Shown here piece after piece: positions 5,721-15,021 of a stretch of DNA of 15,801 nucleotides (positions are counted from its first letter, which is position 1; every line of letters begins with the position of its first letter). Made by a program: the position numbers and the translations under genes. The DNA is taken from positions 1-15,801 of the forward strand of contig JAWBTW010000017.1 in assembly GCA_039000165.1 (NCBI GenBank), read 5' to 3'. This DNA comes from Candidatus Aenigmatarchaeota archaeon (GTDB lineage Archaea > Aenigmatarchaeota > Aenigmatarchaeia > CG10238-14 > SCSR01). Under the pieces are notes generated by a model. That model was not told the DNA's origin. It saw nothing but the letters and a program-made list of their open reading frames with translations, and did not search any database.

Positions 5721-6925
5721 CATACTGTATACTTTCCTTTTGCTAAATCCATACAAAACTTATCTATGTTGTCCAATCGCTCGTTTATAGTTTCCTCTAT
5801 TTCCTTATAGACATTTTTTAAATGGGTTTTTTCCTTTAAAATTACTTGAGTGGCTATCATTGTTGGCTGATCTATAGGCGCGCCTATTTTACTTACAAGC
5901 CATATGTAAACTTCTTTTAAGTCAGGAACCTTTTCATAAATTTCTTCAGCAAGTTTGTAAGCTAATACATTATAAATTTTTCCTACATGTGAAACAGGGT
6001 TTTTTCCGGCTGCTGCTTCTGAACTAGTAGGTCTTTTAAGAGGGATAACTCCGTTGACTCTATTGCCTCTTCCAACTTGGCCTGAATCAGCTCCATCTGC
6101 GCAAGTTCCTGTAACTGTTAAGAAAAGGCCGGATTCACCTTTTCCTCTTTTGTCAAGAGAATTTAGATTTATGTTTATCTTCTCAAAGGCATAATTAGAA
6201 TTCATGTATTCTCTAAGGTTTTCTTCCACTTCTTTCTTCCTTCTAAAATAAGTTTCTTCACAATCTATAAATTTGTCAACAAAAGCTAGGGCTATTGTTA
6301 AATCAAGGGTGTTGTCTTTTCTTATTCCCATAACCTTTACATCTTCTCCAGTTTCTGGAAATTCTCTCTTAAACTCTCTAGAATTAAGGTATCGTTCGGT
6401 GTTAAAGACTATCTCTTCTGTTTTACTTAGGGGAGCATAACCAACAGTAGCAGAAGTATCGTTTGCTCCTAATATCTTTTTCTTTCTTTCGAAAATGCTT
6501 GCTAGGGCTGATGAAACTTGTTTCAATTCTACCTGATACTTTACATGTTCCTCGGGGTCTACAAACCTTAAATTTCTTTTGAACCATTCCTTTGCTGTTG
6601 ATATTGCAATCTCGCTTACAGGAACCTCTTCTTTATCAACAAAGTAAGTTGCTCTATCACCAATAACAAGAAGCATTGGTTTTTTAATCTTTCCACCACC
6701 AAATTTATTTTCAACTTCTCCAGCAGCCAACAAAGCCTTGTCTATATTGTGATGAAGGATCGAACCAAAATTTTTAAGGTAGTATTTACTCAGGTTTATA
6801 GAGATTTGATTCATTATAGAATCACAAATATAGTCTGGATGCCCCAAACCTTTCCTCTCTACTATTTCGATTTTTTGTTCATTCATTGGAGGCTGTTTCA
6901 ATTCTTCTATTACTATGTTTCTCAT
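5717..6925 (-). CDS. mat: Archaeal-type S-adenosylmethionine synthetase
   Basis: EIVERKGLGHPDYICD, HHNIDK, ANDTS, GEDVKVMG, DSGQVGRGNRVNG and EAAAGKNPVSHVGKIYN are signature motifs of archaeal MAT. Confidence 0.97.
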   Translation of the reverse strand: MRNIVIEELKQPPMNEQKIEIVERKGLGHPDYICDSIMNQISINLSKYYLKNFGSILHHNIDKALLAAGEVENKFGGGKIKKPMLLVIGDRATYFVDKEEVPVSEIAISTAKEWFKRNLRFVDPEEHVKYQVELKQVSSALASIFERKKKILGANDTSATVGYAPLSKTEEIVFNTERYLNSREFKREFPETGEDVKVMGIRKDNTLDLTIALAFVDKFIDCEETYFRRKKEVEENLREYMNSNYAFEKININLNSLDKRGKGESGLFLTVTGTCADGADSGQVGRGNRVNGVIPLKRPTSSEAAAGKNPVSHVGKIYNVLAYKLAEEIYEKVPDLKEVYIWLVSKIGAPIDQPTMIATQVILKEKTHLKNVYKEIEETINERLDNIDKFCMDLAKGKYTVC

Positions 6926-6951
6926 TTTTATGAGTAGGACATTCTTTTATT

Positions 6952-6987
6952 AATATTTTTATGAAAAAAATATTCTTATAGGAATAT
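6952..6987. promoter_or_regulatory. Candidate operator inverted repeats between divergent mat and the HTH-CBS gene
   Basis: AATATTTTT-n5-AAAAATATT (6952-6974) and the near-perfect 18-bp palindrome ATATTCTTATAGGAATAT (6970-6987), which overlaps the regulator's start codon. Confidence 0.4.
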
Positions 6988-7555
6988 GTTGCCAGAAATA
7001 GAAGAAATAGAAAGAAGAAGGAAAAATTTGGGTTTAACACAAAAAAGTTTAGCAGCTTTTTGTGGTTTAAGTCAATCCTTAATAGCGAAAATTGAATCAA
7101 AAAAGGTTAATCCAAGTTATTCTTCAGTTAAGAAAATTTTTGACTGTCTTGAATCTTTAGAAAAAAAGAGTCAAATAACTGCAGATCAACTTTTAACACC
7201 TAGGGTGATTTGGATAAAGAAGAAGGAAAAAGTTTCCAAAGCTATAAAGCTTATGAGGAAGTATGGCTACTCTCAACTTCCTGTTTTCGACGGAAAAAGC
7301 TTTGTTGGAAGCATTTCCGAAAGAACTATTCTTGAAGAAATTTCAAAAGGTAAAAAACCGTCAGATTTCTTGAACAAAAAAGTCGAAGAAATAATGGAAG
7401 AGGCTTTTCCAGTAGTTACAGAAAAAGAACCTTTAACTTCAATATTAGCTTTGCTTCAAAACAACCATGCAATTTTGGTAAGCAGGAACGGAAAAGTTAT
7501 AGGAATAATAACAAAAGCGGATTTGCTCAAAGTTACAAATGTCAGGACTTCTTGA
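6986..7555 (+). CDS. Transcriptional regulator: XRE-type HTH plus CBS domain pair (COG3620-like)
   Basis: RRRKNLGLTQKSLAAFCGLSQSLIAKIESKKVNPSYS (HTH). MRKYGYSQLPVFDGKSFVGSISE and GKVIGIITKADLLK (CBS). Confidence 0.95.
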   Translation: MLPEIEEIERRRKNLGLTQKSLAAFCGLSQSLIAKIESKKVNPSYSSVKKIFDCLESLEKKSQITADQLLTPRVIWIKKKEKVSKAIKLMRKYGYSQLPVFDGKSFVGSISERTILEEISKGKKPSDFLNKKVEEIMEEAFPVVTEKEPLTSILALLQNNHAILVSRNGKVIGIITKADLLKVTNVRTS

Positions 7556-10022
7556 TAAATCTTTCCAAGCCTTTTTGTTCTTTTCCGCTTAAAATTTCTT
7601 TTTCGGTATAGCCTAAGGCTTTAAAAACTCTCATACTTGCAGGCAAAATCTGATGATGTATATAATATTCTGGGTCGTACTCGTTTGGCCTTACATCTTC
7701 TACAGGTTCAGCTCTCTCAGCAATACTTCCTTTCCCTTTTACTATAACAAAACCTATAACCATACCTTCACCTATGACCCTTCCTCTTAATTTTGCTTTT
7801 TGTGCAGCTCTTACATGAGGGCCAATCTGTTCGTATTGACTTAACGGTCTGGTAATTTGTTCATAAATCACTAAATCTTCTATGGAAACTTTCCCCTCCC
7901 TAATTCTTTTAATGGTTTCCCTAACTAACTCAATAGCTTTTAAGGGATCTTTGTTCCTAAGAATAATAGTTAAAACTTCACGTTGAATTTTTTTTGAAAG
8001 GTTGCACCAATCTCTTCTGACAGTTTCGAAACCACGAACTTCTAAATTTCCTTCATAATCAATCAAAGCATATCTTTTTTTAGCTCCGATTTCTCCACTT
8101 CTCCTTACTGTGAATATTCCTCCTTCATACAAATCTCTAAACTCGAGCTCGATTATTCCAGGCAAATCTTTATTTACTTTCTCTTCAAATTCCTCACCAA
8201 TTTTTCTCAGTTTGTCTGGGTTCAAATCTTGTGGTAATTTTACCATAAGAGAATCTGTATCCCCATAAATTATCTCAAAACCTTCTTCTTTTGCTTTCTC
8301 TATAACTTTACTGATGTAATATCTTCCAAAAGCTGCTGCCGAAGCTCCACATTCCCTTTTGTACCATCTTGCACTGAAAAAACCTAAATAACCGTAGGTT
8401 GCATTAGCAATTATTTTTAAAGCGTATTGTATGTTGTTAAGTTTTTTCCATTCTTCAGAATCTTTTTTAACTTTTTTCATTTCTTCCTTGAGTTTTTGTC
8501 TAGATTTGATAAGGTCTTCTAAGTTCTTAGGAATAAATCCTTTTGAGTTTATACAAAAGTGCCATTTTGTTTCTGGAACTCTGTTTTTTTCTCTACATTC
8601 TAAATGTTTGCAGTTAAACGTTTCCGGAGAAATGTTGTGAGTGACTATTATCGTAGGGTAGAGCGAACGAAAATCGAAAACTAAAATATTTGAATGGATA
8701 CCTTTTTTTGGTTCTATTACTATAGCTCCTTTATATACAGGAGCCATTTTTCTTCTTTCTATTTCTTCAGTTTTTGGTCTATTGGGTATTAAGATGTTAT
8801 CAAGAAAAGCTCTTCTCATAAAAAATGCTTCAACCAATTGGGAATAAGTATAACGAGAAACATCAAAAGGTAGCAAGCCTGTAAGCCTAGACAAAGCAAA
8901 TATTTGAGGAAGAAGCAATTCAGCTAACCTTAGAGTTAATTCAGAATCCCAAAGAGAATATTCTGTCAATCTTTCCAACTGCTCTTTCTTACTCCATATT
9001 TCCACCATTTCTTTATATTCCATTTTCTTTTTTCCTATCCCCAACAACTCTTGGGCAACCTCATCCAAGGTAAGAACTTCACTTTTCATGGAAGCTGATA
9101 AAATATGGCTAACGAAGTTGAACAAATCTATATGAATCCTGCCTTTTGCTTTTGCTGAGCTAATTCTTCCTCTTCTTACTACATGGATTGAGGTAGATTC
9201 CCTACCAAGATTTAGCTTAACTTTAAGCTCATTTGCTTTGTCTTTAAGTTTTGGTATGTCAAAACCATCAGAATTATAACCAACCAAAAAATCAGGATCT
9301 TCTTCTTTCACTATTTCCAAAAATTTCTTTATCATCTCTTCTTCATTATTTACTACTTTCACGTAACTCGGTTTTCTTTCCCATTCGTGACATGTTAAGA
9401 CTTTTTTAACACCATCACTGCATACTAAACTAATCATTATAAGTTTAGTTTTATTCTCCTCTTCAACCCATTCTGTGTCGAAAGCCATAATCTTGAATTT
9501 AACGTCTTTTTTAAACTCAACAGGCTTAACGGATTTTGCTTTGATTGCTTTGTCAACTTGATATTCTTCCGATTTTTCCATTTCATCTCCTTCTACAATT
9601 ACCCAACCCATCGGTTCAAGTTGTTTGTCTATTATATAACGTTTGTAGAAAGGGATGTCATACTCATAAGTTTCTTCAACCTCTTCCCAATCCTTGATAG
9701 CATCTCTTACGTCTGGAATTCTTCTTGGATTATCGATAACAATTTTAATTAGCTTTACTTTTTCTCCATTCCAAATTTTTTCAACAACTTCTGTTCTTAA
9801 AACCTTTACTCCTATTTTTTCCTTTTGTAATTCTTCAATTTTTTTCTTTAGTTCTTCTAGTTTCTCTTTTTTTGGCATGGCATAGAAATATGGTTCAAAA
9901 TTTTCATCTAACACTAATATTGTTTTTCCTTCTTCACTTTTACAGAAAAGTCTTACAATTCCTTTGTTTTCTTTTAAAACATAATCAGCATCTATCAAGA
10001 GCAATTTCTCTGTGTAACTCAT
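7542..10022 (-). CDS. polB: Family B DNA polymerase (PolB3-like) with 3'-5' exonuclease; alternative start at 10034
   Basis: ExoI AFDTEW, ExoII GYNSDGFD, ExoIII YSLWD. Polymerase motifs DFRSLYPTII, KIIANATYGY and YGDTDS. N-terminal uracil-pocket-like motifs DADY, FEPYFY and YEYDIPF. No intein. Confidence 0.97.
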   Translation of the reverse strand: MSYTEKLLLIDADYVLKENKGIVRLFCKSEEGKTILVLDENFEPYFYAMPKKEKLEELKKKIEELQKEKIGVKVLRTEVVEKIWNGEKVKLIKIVIDNPRRIPDVRDAIKDWEEVEETYEYDIPFYKRYIIDKQLEPMGWVIVEGDEMEKSEEYQVDKAIKAKSVKPVEFKKDVKFKIMAFDTEWVEEENKTKLIMISLVCSDGVKKVLTCHEWERKPSYVKVVNNEEEMIKKFLEIVKEEDPDFLVGYNSDGFDIPKLKDKANELKVKLNLGRESTSIHVVRRGRISSAKAKGRIHIDLFNFVSHILSASMKSEVLTLDEVAQELLGIGKKKMEYKEMVEIWSKKEQLERLTEYSLWDSELTLRLAELLLPQIFALSRLTGLLPFDVSRYTYSQLVEAFFMRRAFLDNILIPNRPKTEEIERRKMAPVYKGAIVIEPKKGIHSNILVFDFRSLYPTIIVTHNISPETFNCKHLECREKNRVPETKWHFCINSKGFIPKNLEDLIKSRQKLKEEMKKVKKDSEEWKKLNNIQYALKIIANATYGYLGFFSARWYKRECGASAAAFGRYYISKVIEKAKEEGFEIIYGDTDSLMVKLPQDLNPDKLRKIGEEFEEKVNKDLPGIIELEFRDLYEGGIFTVRRSGEIGAKKRYALIDYEGNLEVRGFETVRRDWCNLSKKIQREVLTIILRNKDPLKAIELVRETIKRIREGKVSIEDLVIYEQITRPLSQYEQIGPHVRAAQKAKLRGRVIGEGMVIGFVIVKGKGSIAERAEPVEDVRPNEYDPEYYIHHQILPASMRVFKALGYTEKEILSGKEQKGLERFIKKS

Positions 10023-10053
10023 ACTAATAAACATTTCTCTTTAAATATTTTTA

Positions 10054-10956
10054 CTATTCTTCCACAACCTTCTTTTTTGATTCGTATTTCATTTCTGGAT
10101 ATTTTTTATATAACTCTTTCCTTTTTGCTTCTAACATTTCTACAGGTTTGCCCAAAAATTCAGCTGCACATTGAACCTTAACTTTTTTTCTTTCTGCGAA
10201 TTCAAAAACTTTTGAAATTCTTTCCTTCCAGTTTAAATCTCTAAGGAAGTGATGCTCAACCACCAGACTTTCTAAAGGACAAGCTTCAATTATTTTCGTC
10301 ATATTTTGGACCGAGACTTCCAAATTTTCTAAACCAAATCTATAAATCATGTAAGATAAAGGTCCGTCAAGAAAAATTAGGTTCGGTTTATTTTTTATGA
10401 TAAAATCTACCTGTTCCTTTTGACTTGGTCCTTCAACATCAGAAGTATGAAGAAATTTATATTCCTTGTCTTCTATAAAAACTTCTACAACATAACCTAA
10501 ATTTGGGTTTGTTCCATGAAAAACCGGTTGGGAAAATTTTATTCTTGTTTCTCCAAACTTAAACTCCCTCCCGTCGCAAAACTCAAGTTTTTTTGGTAAG
10601 TTTTTTATTTGTTCCAAAAAATACTTTGCTCTACCTTTTTGAGAAAAGTTTATCTTTTCGGTAGGATGTTTAATAAAAACTGTTTTGCTCTTGTAAATTC
10701 CCAAATTTTCCCAAGGGTTGTGGTGGTCATAATGGTAATGAGTTATTATTAGAATATCTGAATCTTCCGCTAATCTAACTATTCTTTCCCAATGTTCGTC
10801 CAACCTTTTTAGCTCCAAAGCATGAGGAGGTAAACCATACCTTACAGGAGCTAGAGAAACACCAGGATCTATCAAAATTTTTACGTCTTTGGTTTCAACA
10901 AAAGTTGCCATGCTTCTTGTTCCTAAAGAATCAAAAGCTATGGGGACTATTTCCAT
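10054..10956 (-). CDS. Metallo-beta-lactamase-fold hydrolase (archaeal UPF0282/COG2248-like)
   Basis: AFDSLGTRSMATFVET, LIDPGVSLAPVRYGLPPH, THYHYDHH, HTSDVEGP and EHHFLRD. Confidence 0.9.
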   Translation of the reverse strand: MEIVPIAFDSLGTRSMATFVETKDVKILIDPGVSLAPVRYGLPPHALELKRLDEHWERIVRLAEDSDILIITHYHYDHHNPWENLGIYKSKTVFIKHPTEKINFSQKGRAKYFLEQIKNLPKKLEFCDGREFKFGETRIKFSQPVFHGTNPNLGYVVEVFIEDKEYKFLHTSDVEGPSQKEQVDFIIKNKPNLIFLDGPLSYMIYRFGLENLEVSVQNMTKIIEACPLESLVVEHHFLRDLNWKERISKVFEFAERKKVKVQCAAEFLGKPVEMLEAKRKELYKKYPEMKYESKKKVVEE

Positions 10957-10979
10957 ATTCTATATTTTGCGTTTTTAAA

Positions 10980-11531
10980 TTAAATCAAACCTTTGGATTT
11001 CATAAAATCTAAAATCTTATTTACTGTTTCCTCCAAAGTTAGGTTTGAAGTGTCTAGAACAAGGTCAGCATCTTTTTCCTGGTCAAAATAATCAAAACCA
11101 TAAATTTCTTTCCATCTTTTTCTTTCCATCCTTTCCCTTTCGCTTATTTGTCTCAAGGCTTCCTCAAAAGGAATGTTATCTCTTTGTGAAGTTCTACTTG
11201 CTCTTACTTCTACAGGGGCTTTCAACCAAACTTTTAAGTCTGCTAAATTCTTAAGAAAATAGATTGAAAGTTTGCCACAAATTACTATATTGCCTTTTTT
11301 TGCTTCTTCAATTTGGGTTTTGTCTAGCGCTTTATGTAATTTTTTACTTCTTCCAAATTCCGTCTTCCAAAATTCCAAAGCAGCCTTAGCTTCCTTTTCG
11401 TTCAAAAAGCTTTTATAAGTTTTTCCTGGTGAAAGATATCTTAGCTTTAATTTTTTTGCTATTTCCTTTGCTACACTTGAGGTTCCAACCCCAGGAGGAC
11501 CAGAAATGACTATTACCAATTTTTTTCTCAT
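10980..11531 (-). CDS. cmk: Cytidylate kinase, archaeal type
   Basis: IVISGPPGVGTSSVAKEIA (P-loop), ADLKVWLKAPVEVRASR, ERKRWKEIYGFD and DLVLDTS. Confidence 0.88.
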   Translation of the reverse strand: MRKKLVIVISGPPGVGTSSVAKEIAKKLKLRYLSPGKTYKSFLNEKEAKAALEFWKTEFGRSKKLHKALDKTQIEEAKKGNIVICGKLSIYFLKNLADLKVWLKAPVEVRASRTSQRDNIPFEEALRQISERERMERKRWKEIYGFDYFDQEKDADLVLDTSNLTLEETVNKILDFMKSKGLI

Positions 11532-11559
11532 AAGAAGAAGTTATTCTTTAAAAAATAAA

Positions 11560-11880
11560 TTAACCCAAGAGTTTTATTTCAATGTGAACGTTAGTAGGGA
11601 TATTAATCCTCATTATTTGTCTCAAAGCCCTTTCATCAGCTTTAACATCTATTAGACGCTTATGAATTCTCATCTCCCATCTATCAAAAGTAGCATTTCC
11701 ATGGCCTGTGCCGTCACCACAAGGAGTCTTCATAGTAACTACTTTCAATTTTTTTGTCGGTAAAGGAATCGGTCCTCTGTAGTCCACACCTAATTTTTTT
11801 GCTATTTCCTTTATCTCATTACAAATATTGTCTAATTCCTTTGGGTCTCTTCCCAAAAGCTTTATTCTTGCTATTTGCAT
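11560..11880 (-). CDS. rps10: 30S ribosomal protein S10 (uS10); ATG start at 11880 preferred
   Basis: [25 protein letters not shown] and [14 protein letters not shown], matching the archaeal S10 / eukaryotic S20 pattern. Confidence 0.97.
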   Translation of the reverse strand: MQIARIKLLGRDPKELDNICNEIKEIAKKLGVDYRGPIPLPTKKLKVVTMKTPCGDGTGHGNATFDRWEMRIHKRLIDVKADERALRQIMRINIPTNVHIEIKLLG

Positions 11881-11917
11881 GTAAACCACTTCTCTTGTGT
11901 TATTGAATTAAATTATT

Positions 11918-11950
11918 TAAGCTTTTTAGATTTTTAATTTAAAAAGCTTA
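11918..11950. promoter_or_regulatory. 11-bp inverted repeat, probably back-to-back BRE/TATA promoters
   Basis: TAAGCTTTTTA (11918-11928) and TAAAAAGCTTA (11940-11950), located between the divergent rps10 and isomerase genes. Confidence 0.4.
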
Positions 11951-11983
11951 TTTAAATATTTTGCGGGAATCAAAATTGATAAT

Positions 11984-13249
11984 ATGATTGGTTTAATTGT
12001 TGTTTCTTCAAAAGTTGGGAAACAAGAGGAAATAGGGAAAAAATTGATAAAGAAAGTTTCAGTTCTTGAAAGGAAAAATAAAAATTTAAAGTTGCTTGGC
12101 TTAATTAACGATACAAAGCTTGCAAAAAAATTTTCATGTAAAGTTAAGGATAAAGTTTCTGGTTGTATAATTGTAGTTGCAACAGGTGGTACAGAAAAAA
12201 TTATAAGGGCAATTTCTTCGCGCTTAAAAAAGCCAACGCTTCTATGGGCCAATCCTTTCAACAACTCGCTCCCTTCTGCTCTTGAAGCTTTTTCAAAGTT
12301 AAAAGATAAATTTCCTGTAAAAATTCTCTATTCTACGATAAATGATAAAGCTTTTAGCAAAATAGAATCTTTTATTAAAGTTTGTGAAGCTATAGAGAAA
12401 CTTAAAAAGTATAGTATTGGTTGTTTAGGTAAGCCAACAAAGTGGCCGCTCACAACTAAAAATAAAAGATTGATAAAAAAACTAGGGCCAAGTATAACTT
12501 TATTAAAACTAGAAGAACTAATTGAAGAATCAAAAAAAGTTGAAAATAAAGAAGTAGAAAAATTCTGTACTTTACTTAGGAAAAAATTTAAAAGGAGAGA
12601 AGTTAGAGAAAAAGATTTTATTTCGGCTGTAAAAATTTACTTGGCGACAAAAAAATTATCCTTGAAACATAAGACAAACGTGTTAGCTGTAAAATGTTTT
12701 GATTTGTTAAGTTATGGTTGTACCTTATGTCTAGCTAATAGTTTATGCAATGATGAAGGTTTAATAGTAGGGTGTGAGGCAGATCTTCAGGCAACTCTTA
12801 CTATGATAATAGTTTATTTGCTCACACAAAAACCATGCTGGATGGCAAATTTATGCAGAATTGATATGGAAAAAAACACAATCACTTTAGCGCATTGTAC
12901 TGTACCAACTGGATTAATTTCAAATTTAAATAAGGCAAGTTTAACCTCGCATATGGAATCTGGAAAGTATGTTGCCATAAGAGGTCCTCTACAAAAAAAG
13001 GAAGTTACTTTGGTTAGATTGGGTGGTGATTTAAATAAGATGTTAATAGGAAGAGGGAAGATAGTCAAAAGCAATATGAAGGACCCAAACCTTTGCAGAA
13101 CACAAGTTGAAATTAAACTTAAAGGTGAAGTAGAGGAATTAATCGATACTTCTTTGGGGAATCATATTATCTTAACCTACGGTAATTTGAAACAAGAATT
13201 GATAGATTTCTGCAGGTTTAAGAACATAGAACCGATTGTGGTAAGTTGA
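11984..13249 (+). CDS. L-fucose/L-arabinose isomerase family protein
   Basis: VATGGTE, NNSLPSALE, AVKCFDL, GCEAD, TLAHCTVP, SHMESG, NLCRTQV and GNHIILTYG are typical of the FucI/AraA-like family. Substrate unknown. Confidence 0.85.
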   Translation: MIGLIVVSSKVGKQEEIGKKLIKKVSVLERKNKNLKLLGLINDTKLAKKFSCKVKDKVSGCIIVVATGGTEKIIRAISSRLKKPTLLWANPFNNSLPSALEAFSKLKDKFPVKILYSTINDKAFSKIESFIKVCEAIEKLKKYSIGCLGKPTKWPLTTKNKRLIKKLGPSITLLKLEELIEESKKVENKEVEKFCTLLRKKFKRREVREKDFISAVKIYLATKKLSLKHKTNVLAVKCFDLLSYGCTLCLANSLCNDEGLIVGCEADLQATLTMIIVYLLTQKPCWMANLCRIDMEKNTITLAHCTVPTGLISNLNKASLTSHMESGKYVAIRGPLQKKEVTLVRLGGDLNKMLIGRGKIVKSNMKDPNLCRTQVEIKLKGEVEELIDTSLGNHIILTYGNLKQELIDFCRFKNIEPIVVS

Positions 13250-13657
13250 ATTCTTTTATTTTGTTGGGTCAAGCAAGCTTAAAAAATACAAAAATAAATC
13301 AGCCAAGATGATAAGAAAAATATAATCATTGATGTAAGGTTTGGCTAACAATATTTTCATTCAAGCACCGAGTATAAGATATATTCATGCGTTTGTCGCA
13401 TAGCCATTACAAAAGTGGATAATACCCTAGAGAAATATGGAAATTGTTGGATTAAAAAGCTGTGACGAAAATGAGAATTAATATTTAATGAGCTTGCTTC
13501 TTAAAGAGAACTGAAAAAGTCTTGAATTTTGGTATTGATACGATTCTCGATAGAATAAAAGAGAACTAATTTAAGTAAACTTACTTCTATAGAGTTTAAC
13601 TGCATTTAAAAAACCTTAGCTTAATAATTAAAAAACCAGGGAAATAATACTAAATAA

Positions 13658-14935
13658 CTACTTGGCTTTTACTACATCCAAGCAAACTCCAGCAGCTACT
13701 GTAATTCCCATGTCACGAATAGCAAACCTTGCTAACTCAGGAAAGTCTGACTGCTTTTCAATAACCATAGGCTTGGTAGGAACAACTCTAATCTTTGCTG
13801 CATCCCCAGTTTTTATAAAATCAGGTTTTTCTTGAATTACTACACCAGTTCTTGGGTCAATCTTTGCAATTATTTCAGCGATAGTACAAGCAACGCTTGC
13901 TGTGTGACAATGAAATACAGGAGTATAACCTGCACTAATTACTGTTGGATGTTGCAAAACAACGATTTGTGCGATAAATTCCTTTGCTACAGTTGGAGGA
14001 TTGTCAGGATGGCCTGCTACATCTCCTCTTTTTATATCAGTTTTACTCACTCCTCTTACATTAAACCCAACATTATCTCCTGGCTTAGCCTCTTGAATTG
14101 GTTGATGGTGAATTTCTATAGATTTAACTTCACCTTTTACTCCTGGCGGTTCAAAAACTAAGGTATCACCAACTCTTAAAACTCCTGTTTCAACTCTTCC
14201 TACAGGAACAGTACCAACTCCTGTTATACTGTAAACATCTTGAATCGGAATTCTTAAGGGTTTTCCAACAGGTTTTTCAGGTTCTTTTATGTAAATGTCT
14301 AAAGCCTCAACTAGGGTAGGACCTTTATACCAAGGCATTTTGTCAGATTTCTTAGTAACATTATCTCCGTGGTAGGCTGAGATTGGAATGAAAGGAATTT
14401 CTTCAACTTTATAACCAATAGTTTTAAGCAACTTTATAGCTTCCTCTTTTACTTCGTTAAACCTTTTTTCGTCATAGTTTACAGTATCCATTTTATTCAA
14501 AACAACAATTACTTGTTTAACTCCAAGAACTTTCATAAGCCAAGCATGCTCTTTTGTTTGTTCTTGCACACCTTCTCCTTCTTTTGCTGAAATAACAAAA
14601 ATGGCAGCATCTGCTTGGCTTGCTCCAGTTATCATGTTTTTAACAAAATCTCTATGCCCAGGACAATCGATTATAGTGAAAAACCATTTTTGTGTTTCAA
14701 AGGGGCGATGCATTATATCTATTGTTAAACCTCTTTCTCTTTCCTCTTTAAGTTTGTCCATAACAAAAGCATACTCAAAAGTTTCTTTCTTAAGTTGAGT
14801 GGCTAATTCCTTTAACTTTCTTAATTCTTCATCTCTTATAGCTCCTGTTTCATATAGCAATCTTCCTATAAGAGTTGATTTGCCAGCATCAACATGTCCT
14901 GCAGTCATTATGTTTATGTGTGGTTTTGCAGGCAT
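13658..14935 (-). CDS. tuf: Translation elongation factor EF-1alpha
   Basis: [42 protein letters not shown] and RFAIRDMG. Shine-Dalgarno GGGGTGA upstream of the ATG at 14935. Confidence 0.99.
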   Translation of the reverse strand: MPAKPHINIMTAGHVDAGKSTLIGRLLYETGAIRDEELRKLKELATQLKKETFEYAFVMDKLKEERERGLTIDIMHRPFETQKWFFTIIDCPGHRDFVKNMITGASQADAAIFVISAKEGEGVQEQTKEHAWLMKVLGVKQVIVVLNKMDTVNYDEKRFNEVKEEAIKLLKTIGYKVEEIPFIPISAYHGDNVTKKSDKMPWYKGPTLVEALDIYIKEPEKPVGKPLRIPIQDVYSITGVGTVPVGRVETGVLRVGDTLVFEPPGVKGEVKSIEIHHQPIQEAKPGDNVGFNVRGVSKTDIKRGDVAGHPDNPPTVAKEFIAQIVVLQHPTVISAGYTPVFHCHTASVACTIAEIIAKIDPRTGVVIQEKPDFIKTGDAAKIRVVPTKPMVIEKQSDFPELARFAIRDMGITVAAGVCLDVVKAK

Positions 14936-14939
14936 CAAT

Positions 14940-14995
14940 TCACCCCCACTAACTTAAATTTAAATTGAGTATTTAAATATATTTAAACTTTTTCA
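14940..14995 (-). promoter_or_regulatory. Shine-Dalgarno (GGGGTGA) and probable BRE-TATA upstream of tuf
   Basis: The minus strand reads GAAAAAG-TTTAAATATATTTAAA (about 14994-14972), then GGGGGTGA (14947-14940) 4 nt before the ATG. Confidence 0.55.
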
Positions 14996-15021
14996 CTTTA
15001 AGCTATGAAATTAACAAAATA

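Noticed and set aside
7542..10034. Intein, split or inactivated PolB
   Set aside because: Single ORF of normal length with all catalytic motifs intact.
11470..11510. Cytidylate kinase P-loop lacks the Walker A lysine (GPPGVGTSS)
   Set aside because: Many archaeal cytidylate kinases have GxGTTT-type loops, so this is not evidence of inactivation.
14865..14900. EF-1alpha G1 motif GHVDAGKST rather than GHVDHGKST
   Set aside because: This variant occurs in other archaeal EF-1alpha proteins. The remaining sequence and the position after EF-2 are canonical.
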